Shown one piece after another: positions 51,886-64,000 of a stretch of 64,000 nucleotides of DNA. Origin of the DNA: Eledone cirrhosa (taxonomy: Eukaryota); the NCBI GenBank assembly GCA_964016885.1, contig OZ024743.1:147312001-147376000 (forward strand), given 5' to 3'. Numbering within the stretch: the first letter of the stretch is position 1; every line of letters begins with the position of its first letter. Position numbers and translations under genes: made by a program. The notes below the pieces were generated by a model. It ran no database searches. It saw nothing but the letters and a program-made list of their open reading frames with translations, and was not told the origin of the DNA.

Positions 51886-53087
51886 AAATTGAAAGAAAAT
51901 GTGTTTATTTATTTCAAGCCTTTAATGATTTTTGCTGCTAAGTGAACTTATAAATCACCGAGTGTTTAAATCTACAGAGGTTACAAAAATGGTTCATATA
52001 TTGAAGTGATGTCAAGTTGTACTTAAATGTATGTTTTTGATGTTTAGACAGAGAGGGAAGGCAGTAATGAAATACGCACACTAAAAGACTGGGTGTCTAC
52101 TTTCATATCATATAGTTGATATCGACTATATATATTTTGAAGTAGTTTCTTAAAGCCTGGCTAGATTTTGTTGGTTTTCATACTTGATATTTTATTTAAA
52201 TGAGACAATTATCTTCATAAGGCAAATGATAGGATAAAATTGTTTGGTCTTAGCTTTGAAGATTTTAACAGACGTCTACTTGAATTCTACTGAAAATATT
52301 CATTTAACATAATTTGCATGATAAATAAGTGTAGCTACCATTCATGTTACTTCATGTATTCAGTGAGAGGAAGACAATGGGCATGATATGATGAGAAATC
52401 AAAATATCTATTTTTTCATATTAAATAATCAACTTTATGCCACTTCCTCTAACTCTTTCGTCTCCATCAGTCTTTTTCCTTTCTTTCCCCCTCTCCTCTA
52501 TTTTTTCTGCACATTTTCACTCAAACTGCATTTCTATTTCTCGCATATACATTCCCACTGTCGCTAAATCTCAGAGATTTTTCAATCTATTAACCACTTA
52601 CACACTCATATACTACATACCCATACACACTCACACACAACCTCTCTCTGTGTTTATGCCTTTGTTATTTATTTATTTATTTATTTATTTATATCTAACC
52701 ATCCATCTCTCCACCTCTCTCTCTATCTATCTATTTGTATGTGTGCTTAAATTTCTTTCTCTGTCTCTATTTCATACCTCTAATTTTGCCCTTACCTTCG
52801 GCAAATTTCTAAATAATCCTTTGGAAATATTCTCTTCTAGATCGCTAGAATTTAATAATGTTATGATAAATTTGACACTCTTCGTAATGATCAGCTAGAA
52901 TTTCGCAACTGGTGTAAATGATTCTAATCAACAATCGTAGAAACCCAACTAACTTTATAAAAAACATATAGTAGTTGAGTAGCCAGAAACTTCTCTACTT
53001 GAGTAAATCTATGACATGATGGTAGTTAAGTGAAGACTTAATCAATCAACGCTATAGCTGTCGATCCAATCAAAGTAACATCTGCAT

Positions 53088-53415
53088 CAGAGGTTTTCAA
53101 AGTGGGCGCTACTTCTCCCAGGGGGGCGTTGAGGTGTAGGGGCGCTAGGGCCTAAGGAGGTGAGGTGGTGGCGCTAGAGATGATATAATAGTATATTAAA
53201 TATCAAATGATACATATTATATATGAATATAGTAAAATAAAAAAAAATATATTAATTTATGCATAGTATATTATATATAAATTAATGATTTTATTTATAA
53301 TATATTATTTACAATTTGTGTGTAGGCAGGTCTCTCTGTAAATAGGGTTGGGGCGGCACTGAGGGCATTACGTGGCTGTGAGGGGGCGGTGGTCCGAAAG
53401 GTTTGAGAACCTCTG
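53088..53415. mobile_element. hAT (Charlie-like) MITE
   Basis: TIRs CAGAGGTTTTCAAA / TTTGAGAACCTCTG. Degenerate 8-bp TSD ATCTGCAT/ATCTACGT. Confidence 0.75.
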
Positions 53416-53944
53416 ATCTACGTGAACGCTCAAACTGCTATATTTCCCTCGGAGCTACACTCCTTCATACTGGTTTAAATATCTACATCCTCTAAAATGG
53501 GAGACGTTTGACCTTTAGGACAGGAAGTGGGCAGACTGGAAAAGAGGGAAGTAAGTAAAGAAGAAAGGCGATGGGGCAAGAGGGAGAGAGAAGAGAGAGG
53601 TAGGGGATGATCAATGATTGTGCAGAAATGTACAAGATGTTACTTACAGGGAGAGAGGGAGTGAGTGAACATGATGTAAAAAACAGTACTAGAATTTAGT
53701 ATCTAAAGAGAGAAAGCGAGGAAGGATGAAGGAAGGGGTTTGAGAAGAAGAAAGAAAAGGATCTATGTGCGTGGAAATGTGCAAGGAGATCTATACAATT
53801 GACCATAGGAGTTTGTATGAAGGAATGTGTGTATTTAGTGTATGGAAATAGTGAATCATTTTGTGTGCTGATGTATATATCAATAGGGATGTATGGATGT
53901 GGAGGATTAATATATGTAGTCTATGAGGTATATTATTTTATATT

Positions 53945-55058
53945 ATGGCATCTGTCGGGCTCGAAAACCATTGATTTGTGCTTGGAGAATTGCTGGTGGC
54001 GGTACAACGTCTGTTGTGCCTGTACTTGCACACATGGGAGTGGCACTCTTCTATGCTCAGACTGGTGCTACTGTGTTGTTGTTTTTTTAAATTTCGAACG
54101 CGCTTCCTTGGTGATAAATCTCAATTTCTTTTCCATTAGCTTTATCTCCCTTGCGCAACACCCGTCTCCAGCGTAGTCGACCATTAGCGATTTGTTTCCA
54201 TCTCTAGATGCACAGATGTTTTGTCTTCGTATCTCTCTTGCAGACTTCCTTGAAACAACGGTGAGGTCGTCCTCGTGCTCTTATGCCGGTGGCCATTTCC
54301 TGAAACAGTAGGTTTTTGGCGATCCTCCCGTCCGTCATAAGAAATACGTGATCTAGAGAGCGCAGACGGTTGATGAAGCAGAGTGAATATGCTAGGTATA
54401 TTGGCGCAGATGAGGACTTCCGTGTTGGTGACATGACGTCCAAAATGCGTTTCAGGCTACGAAAGTGGAAGACGTTGCAACGCCACTTCTATCTGGAGTA
54501 GAGCTTCCTTGTCTCGTTGCCGTAATGTAGTGTGCTGAGGATGCACACCTTGTAGACAGAAATCTTGGGGTCCGTAGTCAGTTTTCAGTTCTTTAAGGCG
54601 CTCTTTGTCAGCCTGGCAAATGTGGAGACTGGTTGTCTAACTCTCGCCTGCTGTTCTCGGGTTCTAAGTAGAGGTTGTCAGTGATGGTAGAGCCAATGGA
54701 GACGAATTTCAGCTCGTAATTATTGATGGTGATGGAAGGGCGGTACGTGGCACCATGGCCCAGTGCGTTGATTTTTTTTTACAGACTAATGGTCAGGCTG
54801 AATTCCTGACAGGCACTCTTGGGCTTGTCCATCAGATACTGCATTTCTCTTCAGAGTGCGCTGCCAATGCTTGGTCATCCGCAAACAGCATTTTTATGAT
54901 GAATACCTGACAAACTCTGGATTTCGCTTTTAGCCTTGGTAGACTAAACAGTTTCCCGCCGTGATCTGGTGCGGAGGTAGACACCATCAAGTGACGTTCC
55001 AAATATGTGTTTCAGCATGACAGCAAAAAAGATGCCAAATACGGTGAGATCAAGCACG
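53945..55058 (-). mobile_element. Degenerate RTE/BovB-like LINE, 5'-truncated
   Basis: RLRSLDHVFLMTDGRIAKNLLFQEMATGIRARGRPHRCFKEVCKRD, MLFADD at ~54875-54892 and FGIFFAVMLKH. Confidence 0.78.
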
Positions 55059-55487
55059 TGGGATCATGCACGGTTGGATCAAGTACATTATCAGGATCAA
55101 GCACGCGAGATCAAGCACGGTGGGATCAAGCACTATCAGGAACATACACAATAAAAGAAACGAATTTATCCATAAAAATACATATGCAAAGCCAACCTAC
55201 ATTTTTCGTTAAAAAAGAAAGAAAATAGCCTTCAAAACATTGAAGGTTCTTAAAATATTTCGAGAATTTACTCACTAAAGCTTGCAAAGGGATTTAAGTA
55301 TAGCTTGTAAAATGGTATAGAATAGAGTAAACCCGGACTCGAAGCAATCTATGTATTTGTATCAGTTATGTTTCTAATCTATAAAAAAAAACTATTTGAA
55401 AATTTAGCCAATTTAACGCAATTCATAAGCCAACATATTCTAAAAGACATAAAATTTATCACAACGTACACAAATTTACCTCCATTG

Positions 55488-55672
55488 TAGTTTGTCAGTA
55501 TCGGTAGATCGTCAGACACCATGCTTTGCAGAATAGGGTTATGGCCCTTTACGTTCTCAGTTCAAATCCGCCGAGATTAACTTTGCCTTTCATCCTTGCG
55601 GGGTCGATAAAATAAAGCACCAGTAATGCACAGGGGTAATTGCTGGCCTTGTGCCAAAAGTAAAAACATTAT
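55488..55672 (+). mobile_element. SINE copy
   Basis: Matches the other copies. Confidence 0.82.
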
Positions 55673-56681
55673 AATCTTGCACGCTAAAGCGTCCTTTTTG
55701 TAAAGAGCTTACTTAGTTGTGTGAAATGGAACTGACAATTTTGATATGTCAATAAGGGAAAGTTTAACGGAGATTTGCTCTCGAGCAGTGAAATATGATG
55801 CTTTTATGATAGAATTATCATAGGTCTTTAGATGAATTACAGGCATATCATTTCGTATAAAGCGAACAGATGTACAACTGATGCTCCCAGATAACAGTCA
55901 ATTATAATAGTAACAAAATCAGCCTGAGGACGATATACAGTGGTAACCCTTCTTTGAGTTATGCTTGAATTAAACTTCAAACAATACAAAACATATAAAC
56001 CTAATTTCATGCCATTTTATAAAAATAGATTCTTGAAAGTCGAGCGGTGCTCGAAGGCCTTCTTTATTCTCACAGGTGAGTTGCAGAAATAACTGTGACG
56101 CAGCTACTAAAACCTAGACACTGATAGTGAGCGTTTTCTAGACTAGCTCGTAATATTAGAACACTTACTGAAATTATTGATATATCAGAAGAGCAGATGA
56201 ATACATTTAATTCCCTTTCTTTCAATCCCCGATAATTAATTGTCATAGTTATTATACAACTCTAAAATATATTAAAGTTAAATTTATCTGTAAAACTATT
56301 TCCATATATTGTTCTTGACTAAAGTTCAATTATGAAATACATAGTACATGCAGCGAGAAATAATATATTTTGTTAGGATACTTTGCAACGAAACAACAAG
56401 ATATTTTGAACTTTCCATTGTTTTTTCAAGTGATCTCTATGTGTGAGAGTGCAATGCCTTAAGATAGTTGCCCAATTTACCATTTCTTAATCTAGATTAT
56501 GCGTTCATGTGTATAAGTATGTGGTTTTCGTCAAACATACACTTCAATATAAATGAAGCAAGAGCAGTTCCTGTTTACATTACAATCGGTGAAGCAAGTC
56601 AGTGTTACTAAAATCTGTTCCCTGATTTTTAATGTACAAATGCATACATAAACACAAACATGTGAACATACTTAATACATA

Positions 56682-56707
56682 TATCACACACACAATCACA
56701 CATACAG

Positions 56708-56738
<31 letters not shown>

Positions 56739-57020
56739 TATACATATATATGTATATATATATATGTATGTATATATATATATATATATATATACATAGA
56801 CATATTTACATAATACATAAATCACACACACAGTCACACATACAGTCTCTCTCACACACACACACATATACATATATATGTATATATATATATGTATGTA
56901 TATATATATATATATATATATACATAGACATATTTACATATATATATATATATACGTATACACACACACATATATATACATAAATATGTGTATGTGTTTG
57001 TTTATGTGTGTGTGTTTGTG
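56682..57020. repeat. Compound microsatellite with a ~135-bp tandem duplication
   Basis: The unit ATCACACACA..CATACAGTCTCTCT..CATAGACATATTTACATA occurs twice. Confidence 0.85.
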
Positions 57021-57393
57021 CGTTAGCTTTGTTTTGCTGATTTATCTCGTTAGCTTTCATTTTAACTCTGTGTCAATTTTTTTTTACATTTAAAAAAAAA
57101 AAAGATTTCACTTCGAATATTTTTTTAATGAAATATGTATATATGTGTATAGTTGAATAATTCTGTTTTTATTACACGATTTCCAAATTAAAGGATCTTA
57201 ACCTCTGGCTGTTTTCCAATTAACTATAGTTTCCTACAGCACATTTTGTTGAAGTAAGACCGCCAAAAACTTCACAATAATTGAACCTCTCCAATTAATA
57301 AACAGACACATCACTAATCTTAGGTATGTGTGTCCTTGAGCGAAGTTACAAATACAACAACTACTACTGCCATTGTTGCTATTTCTAATTATG

Positions 57394-57395
<2 letters not shown>

Positions 57396-57457
<62 letters not shown>
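57396..57457. repeat. Uninterrupted (ATT)n microsatellite
   Basis: Directly visible, with no insertion. Confidence 0.95.
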
Positions 57458-57459
<2 letters not shown>

Positions 57460-57916
57460 TGAAATATTAGTAGTATTAGCATTAAAAAAACACCATCCGA
57501 AATGGAATATGCATATGTTTGCACGCATATGTGCTTGTTAATATGGCAGTGTGTACAGATGCATGAATATGTAAATGCATGTAGAAATGAATGTGTATAT
57601 GTGTGTGTTAGAGAGAGAGAAAGAGAGAGTGGGGTGGTGGAGAAAGCGAGTGAGATAGAGGGAGGGGGAGGGAGAGAATGTGTGTGTGTTATAGAGAGAG
57701 AGAGTGAGAGAGAGAGAGAGAAAGAGTGAGGTAGAGAAAGCGAGTGAGATAGAGGGAGGGGGAGGGAGAGAATGTGTGTGTGTGTGTGTGTGTACGTGAA
57801 TATAATTTTGGCATTGATTCCTTTTTTATTATGGATTAATACGATCACCTTATCGGAATCTATCTACATATGTATATGTCTGTCTGACTGTCTGTCTGTC
57901 TGTCTGTCTGTCTGTA

Positions 57917-57957
<41 letters not shown>

Positions 57958-57961
57958 GTCT

Positions 57962-58039
<78 letters not shown>

Positions 58040-58091
58040 TAAATATATATATATATTTAATTAGAAAGTGAACAACACAAAATATAACTAC

Positions 58092-58156
58092 TCCATTACC
58101 AAAGGTTTCTGGATCCCAGACAATATTAATATACGTCTGGATCGGTCATCAGACAG

Positions 58157-58157
<1 letters not shown>
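58092..58157 (-). ncRNA. Type I hammerhead ribozyme candidate in a (TA)n-flanked stub
   Basis: Minus strand reads TCTGT-CTGATGA-cc GATCCAGAC..GTCTGGGATC ca-GAAA-CC TTT GG-TA-ATGGA. Confidence 0.55.
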
Positions 58158-58232
<75 letters not shown>

Positions 58233-58823
58233 ATGAGATTTTATATGCATACATACACATACACCTCACACACACACATACATATATATATGCATATGTA
58301 TGTACTTGCATATATATATATATATATAAATACATATATACACACACATATAAATATTTATATATGTATGCAGGTGAATCATGGGCGATGAAACAGTCCA
58401 AGGAATCTAGTGAAGATTTCTTTCCCGAAATAATTAGTTAGGAGAATTCGTTCGCATGCCGTGTGTAGAAGATGACAATGTATACCCATTCGCGGCAAAT
58501 CAAAATGCATATGAACTGATTTTACGAAAAATATTCTGCCGTACAAAATAAAAGAGAGATATATTTGCTCATATATTTCTTGATGATACTAAAAAGGTGG
58601 TATGTTCATGCCTTGAATGTTTTACGTATCATGTATGCTCGGTCAGGTTTGGAGATAAATAACAGCTACAATAATAATTTCAGAATCCTTGTTGATAGAA
58701 TATCATATGCAGATTTACTTTTAATTCTCTTTTTACTAATCAGACTATGTCATTTTTTCTCTCTGCTATAGTTGTTCAATATATGCCAGACGAGATAATT
58801 GTTGGCAATATTTTTCATAAGTA

Positions 58824-59256
58824 GGGCGGTGAATTGGCAGTATCAGTAAAGCGTCGGACAATATGCTATATGGCATAGAGTTATGCCCCGTTACGATCTG
58901 AGTTCAAATCCTGTCGAGGTTAGCTTTGTCTTTCATCCTTACGGGGTCGATAAAATAAAGTACCCTTAATGCACTGAACTCGATATAATAGACTTTTCTC
59001 TTCCCCAAAATTGTTGACCTTTTGCCTAAATCAGAAACCAATACTTTTCATTTGTAGAATTGGTAGAGCACCAGATAAAATTACATTGTGTTATTTATTC
59101 GGGCTCTTAACATTATGAGGTCAAATCCTGCCGACGCCAATTTTACCTTTCATCTTTTCGGGCTCAATAAAATAAAGCGCTAGTCAAATATTGGGGTTGA
59201 TTTAATCAACTTAGCCCTTCCCCAAATTTTCTGGAATTGGGCATAAATTAGAAATT
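58824..59256 (+). mobile_element. Two older SINE copies of a longer variant
   Basis: Same head and body as the other copies, plus an extra TCGATATAAT..CTTCCCCAAA segment before the tail. Confidence 0.75.
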
Positions 59257-59314
59257 CATAAACCTCTAAAAAACGAGGACATTTTTTACAAAGACGTACA
59301 TACATACATACATA

Positions 59315-59350
<36 letters not shown>

Positions 59351-59351
59351 T

Positions 59352-60057
59352 ATGATTCTATGGACATACTTTATAGTATATTGCTCTGATTATTTAATTT
59401 ACTAATTCATCATTGAGCCACATCGTGAATAGTTGCGAAAACATATATATCTGCGACTTTGTCTAGTTTGTGTATATGTAAATCTTTATATTTAATAATC
59501 TCCCATAAGGTTGAGATGCAATTTGGGCAATATTGGGCTGCGCTTTCTAGCAACCAGCCCACTCGCTGTAAGCAACCAATCACATTCTTTCTGACTTGAC
59601 AACGTCACAGGTTTTAGCCATTTTGAATTCGTTTTCGGCGGGGATCACTTAAGAAAATTCTTTGTCCAAATGAGTTTGTTTCCTGATGAGTTCGAAGCTC
59701 GAGATGTTATCCTTAATAGGATATTTCCTAAAGCGAACGATACTCTAGGCTAAAAACGCATTCCTGGTATGTGTATATGCATTTTTTCTTCTAACTTTAA
59801 TTTTATACCTAATTGTGTATGGTTGACGGTATATTTAATCGATTTCCAGGTGCTATTGAAATGTTGGGTAAATATTCTATAGCGGTTGGTCGCGAATAGA
59901 TTGCTGTCGTTTATTTATCTACAATTTCTTCATAGGTGCCTTTTAATTTTATAGCCTGGTTTAATTAATTTTTTGTGTGGTTAATTATGCTAATTGGGAG
60001 AGGAAATGGTGTATATATATTATCAAATGATTCTATGGACATACTTTATAGTATATT
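59352..60057 (+). mobile_element. Putative solo Penelope-like pseudo-LTR with 31-bp terminal direct repeats
   Basis: ATGATTCTATGGACATACTTTATAGTATATT occurs at 59352-59382 and 60027-60057. (TA)n flanks. Decayed hammerhead core at 59683-59750. Confidence 0.55.
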
Positions 60058-60211
60058 TATATATATATATATATATATATATAGTTATGTAATAAACAAC
60101 ATAAGGCGATTATTTCATTTACCTTTGGTTTCTTAAAAGCAAAAACATTTTGCTTTCAATCATCAGAATGAAAAAAATCCTGGTGTATTTATTGGCGTTG
60201 GATTTTAAAAA

Positions 60212-60240
<29 letters not shown>

Positions 60241-60245
<5 letters not shown>

Positions 60246-62962
60246 AACCAGTAAGACCCCCACGGCTGAGCTCAAGCCGTTTCGACGGCTAATTCTGGAC
60301 TAAATGAAAATTTATCCTGGTATATAAATAGCCGAGCTTCTCAAGGGGTAATTCCATATATGGTCAAAGTGATTGACAAGGATTGGTCACAAGTTAGTAG
60401 TAATTCTGTGATGGCAAATTAGTGGGGGAGAGGGTGGCTAGACCTGCCAGTAGGAGAAAAAAGGGAGGGGTGGAGTAGACCTAATCATGCGTTGGTAGTG
60501 CCGGCTACAGCTGGGCATGAGGTCAAATAAGATACTAGGGAGGGGGAGGGGGAGGAAGTCGAAACGGTAAGTAGAACAATGAAGGGTAAAAATATATATT
60601 TAAAAAAAAAATACTGAGAGTGATAAAAAGCGAATAAATGTAAAGAAAAAAATATATAAGCAATTTCTACGACCTAAGTCTCTAGCTATTGCTAGGCTAG
60701 ATAAATAAATAAATAAAGAAAGAAATAAAGAAAGAAATAAGGAAAGTGGGACGGAATAGGAAAGGACCCTTTTAAGAGGTATAAGTACGTATATCATACG
60801 GTGACGGGTCAACAGAGGGGCCAAGATACTAAAGAAACTACCACGAAATAATTAATAAAGGTTTCTACCCCGGACACAAGGCCAGCAACCACCCAGTGCA
60901 GAAAAGTAGACTAGTACGAGATAATAATTCTGAGTCCCGATAAAAAGAGCTCCCGACTCACCCTTCGACGTCAGCATGGGCGCTACGGATTCGGCGGAGG
61001 TCACAGATCTTATAGGATTATTCCTAATAGCCAAACTCACCGATATGTTTCCTGCATTCGGTGGTGGATTGTACCGTGATGATGGGCTCCTTACCCTTAA
61101 AGGGTACAACCCCAGTAGTACAGATCGGGTCCGGAAACAATTAATCAGCTTCTTCCGCGACTGGGGATTTAAAATAATCCTACAAACGTCCCTGACCCGA
61201 GTAAACTTCCTGGACGTTACCCTGGACCTCGAAAACGACCTGTACTACCCATACAGGAAACCTAATGACAACCTGCACTACATCCACCGCCGATCAAACC
61301 ATCCTAGGAACATCACCAACAAACTGGTCAAAAACATCGCCCTCCGCATATCCCGTTTGTCAGCTAATGAGTGGATATTCGATGAACATGCGCCTTATTA
61401 CAACCAGGCCCTCAAGCGGAGTGGTTTCCGGGAGGAAATATCCTACTGTCCTGCTCCCATTAGCGGAACCAGCAGGCGACACCGCCGCTCACGCAATGTA
61501 CCATGGTTCAATCCTCCCCACAACGCAGAGGTGACAACTCCCATCGGGAAAATATTCTTTAGGCTCATTGAAAAAGTCTTCCCACTACAACACCGCTACC
61601 ACAACATAATTAACAAAAATACCATCAAACTCTCTTACAGCACTACACCAAACTTCGCACAAAATATAGTCTCCTCTAACAACAAAAAACTCAACCCCGA
61701 TGGAAGAAATAACCTAAATAGCAGTGGAGAGCCGACCAGGAGGTGCAACTGTCCTGATAGATCCATTTGCCCCCTCGACAACAGATGCAGAGACCGTAAT
61801 GTGATCTACCAGTGCAACGTGAGGACGGACACCTCCAACAAAGCTTATATAGGACTAACCGCATGTGACTTCAAGACCCGGCTATACCAACATAGACTTA
61901 CCTTCCGAAACCCGGCCCGGCGTCACGCCACTACACTTTCAGGCCACATATGGGACCTCAAGGTCAACAACATCACCTATGATCTCACTTGGAGATTACT
62001 ATCCAGAGCCAACTCTTACACGGGAGGACGCTGTCCGTGCAATTTATGCTCGGAGGAAACTTTACAAACGCTGTTTTCGACGGACCAACTCCTAAACAAG
62101 AAATATGAACTGGTTACTGCATGTAAACATAGATTGCGTAGGACTTACCTCGCCCTCAAACCCCATAATGACCCGGGTGGGGGGTGGGATGGGGGGTAGA
62201 CTAGGGCTATAACACCCCACTTGCCGATTTTGTATTGGGTAACCCCTGCTTGCCAAGGGAGACGTAAGATCTTTTTATTCCTTTATCGCTTCCTCTATAC
62301 TTCCTTCTTCCCCCATCCCTCCCTATTCCTTCTACCCCAGTTCTTTTTCTTTGTCGGCGTATTTTTCTCGCCCACCCGAGGCAGCCCTTTGGCCCCTTGT
62401 AGCCTCAGTACCCCCACCCCTCCCCTAGTCTATAGATTTAGCGGACTCCGCTTTTTATAGCAGTTGTGTTAGACCTCGGATACTTGCCCCCTTATCCGAC
62501 CGCTCCCCCTTTTTTCCGTCCCTTCTATATTTCTTAGTGGCACCTCTGCCTTAATTTCTCGTTTCAGTATTTCTTTCTTCTCTTTTCTTTTGGGCGGGGT
62601 GGATTCTGAATTTATTTTTCCGTATTCTACTTTTACCTCGTACGAACTTTCATGTAGCTTGTATAAGAACTTTTGTAGCGTGGCGGTACCATTAGAGTTA
62701 GCATTAGTATATTTTTTTCGGGACTCAGAATTATTATCTCGTACTAGTCTACTTTTCTGCACTGGGTGGTTGCTGGCCTTGTGCGTGGGGTAGAAACCTT
62801 TATTAATTATTTCGTGGTAGTTTCTTTAGTATCTTGGCCCCTTTGTTGACGCGTCACCGTATGATATACGTACTTATACCTCTTAAAAGGGTCCTTTCCT
62901 ATTCCGTCCCACCTAGTTTATTTACTTATTTTTTTATTTTTTTATTTCTTTATTACCTTATT

Positions 62963-63006
<44 letters not shown>

Positions 63007-63560
63007 TATTTATTTATTTATCTAGCCTAGCAATAGCTAGAGACTTAGGTCGTAGAAATTACTTATATATTTTTTTCTTTACATTTATTCGCTTTTTATC
63101 ACTCTCAGTATTTTTTTTTTTCAAATATATATTTTTACCCTTCATTGTTCCACTTACCGTTTCGACTTCCTCTCCCTCCCCCTCCCTAGTATCTTCTTTG
63201 ACCTCATGCCCAGCTGTAGCCGGCACTACCAACGCATGATTGGGTCTACTCCACCCCTCTCCTTTTTTCCTACTGGCAGGTCTAGCCACCCTCTCCCCCA
63301 CTAATTTGCCATCACAGAATTACTACTAACTTGTGACCAATCCTTGTGTCAATCACTTTGACCATATATGGAATTACCCCTTGAGAAGCTCGGCTATTTA
63401 TATACCAGGATACATTTTCATTTAATCCAGAATAAGTCGTCGAAACGGCTTGCGCTCAGCCGTCGGGGTCTTACTGGTTCCTATTATCCACTCTACTACT
63501 CTAAGTATTGAGTACTTTGGTGTGTTATGGTCCACCTGGTTCCTTACCACATTTCCTTCG

Positions 63561-63561
<1 letters not shown>
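60241..63561 (+). mobile_element. Penelope-like retroelement with 5' inverted pseudo-LTR
   Basis: 60241-60940 is the reverse complement of 62718-63484. An RT/GIY-YIG ORF lies between the arms. (TA)n on both sides. Confidence 0.9.
60976..62199 (+). CDS. Penelope-like RT (C-terminal part) + GIY-YIG endonuclease, 5'-truncated open frame
   Basis: FDVSMG..SAEV, LYRDDGL, VNFLDVTL, YRKP..YIH..SNHP, CNC..CPL..C linker, VIYQ..YIGLT..FKTR..H and CNLC..LLNK..CKH. No stop codon in 407 codons. Confidence 0.88.
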   Translation: MGATDSAEVTDLIGLFLIAKLTDMFPAFGGGLYRDDGLLTLKGYNPSSTDRVRKQLISFFRDWGFKIILQTSLTRVNFLDVTLDLENDLYYPYRKPNDNLHYIHRRSNHPRNITNKLVKNIALRISRLSANEWIFDEHAPYYNQALKRSGFREEISYCPAPISGTSRRHRRSRNVPWFNPPHNAEVTTPIGKIFFRLIEKVFPLQHRYHNIINKNTIKLSYSTTPNFAQNIVSSNNKKLNPDGRNNLNSSGEPTRRCNCPDRSICPLDNRCRDRNVIYQCNVRTDTSNKAYIGLTACDFKTRLYQHRLTFRNPARRHATTLSGHIWDLKVNNITYDLTWRLLSRANSYTGGRCPCNLCSEETLQTLFSTDQLLNKKYELVTACKHRLRRTYLALKPHNDPGGGWDGG

Positions 63562-63598
<37 letters not shown>

Positions 63599-64000
63599 AT
63601 ATATATAATAAATTTGAAGACTAAAATCCAAAGAGGGCTCGATAAGGATAAATATATATCACATATATAAGAACCGTAGAGCAAATATTTATTAAAATAA
63701 CAGATTAAAGTTTAAGCAAAGAATCTCTGCTTTCACCCTTAACGGGATCTTCTGAAACTAAAAAAATAAAACTGTGAACGCAGGAGTAAATATTTAGAAA
63801 AACGTTGCAACCGAAGGAAGACAGAAAGACGATACTTTGGTTCGTGGAGACGTTCCCTGGCAACGAACGAAAAAAACGAAGGTAATACGTCATTACGTGG
63901 TGCGGTGTGAACAATTACACGCAAAGACAAAACCACGTTTATGGTATAACTGAAGATGTAGACTAAAATTCTATTTAGGAAACCGAATGATTCTCAGCTT

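Noticed and set aside
55043-55140. CRISPR-like short repeats
   Set aside because: The repeats are ~10 bp with irregular tiny spacers, the context is eukaryotic and there are no cas genes.
60241-63484. DNA transposon with long TIRs
   Set aside because: The enclosed ORF is RT plus GIY-YIG, not a transposase, and the element extends beyond the right arm.
63717-63990. Hammerhead-like strings (minus CAGAAGA..GAAA at ~63720-63755; plus CTGAAGA..GAAA at ~63950-63982)
   Set aside because: Stems I and III or the cleavage triplet do not form convincingly.

Overview
This is repeat-saturated eukaryotic (metazoan) DNA with no recognisable host gene. The SINE family resembles octopus OR-type SINEs as I remember them, so an octopod cephalopod is my inference, not a database result. 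(1) About ten decayed copies or fragments of an L1/Tx1-clade non-LTR retrotransposon (zinc-knuckle ORF1; APE-RT-zinc finger ORF2) form two strand-uniform arrays, 1-29.4 kb on minus and 41.2-51.9 kb on plus. Most intact ends sit in (AAT)n/(ATT)n microsatellite. (2) A 5'-truncated R4/Dong-type element (RT plus restriction-like endonuclease) and a second Dong-like 3' stub sit in the same (AAT)n tracts in the opposite orientation. (3) A Penelope-like element (RT plus C-terminal GIY-YIG, 407-aa open frame) has ~700-bp inverted pseudo-LTRs. Several small (TA)n-flanked modules carry hammerhead-ribozyme motifs, one as a perfect 121-bp-arm palindrome. (4) Also present are two old RTE-clade remnants, about ten tRNA-derived SINE copies, two MITEs and many microsatellites. 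The main leads are the (AAT)n-targeting Tx1 array, a conserved AAG|GTAAGT motif at its ORF1/ORF2 junction, a SINE tail matching the Tx1 3' end, and the hammerhead mini-elements. All alignments were made by eye and boundaries are approximate.
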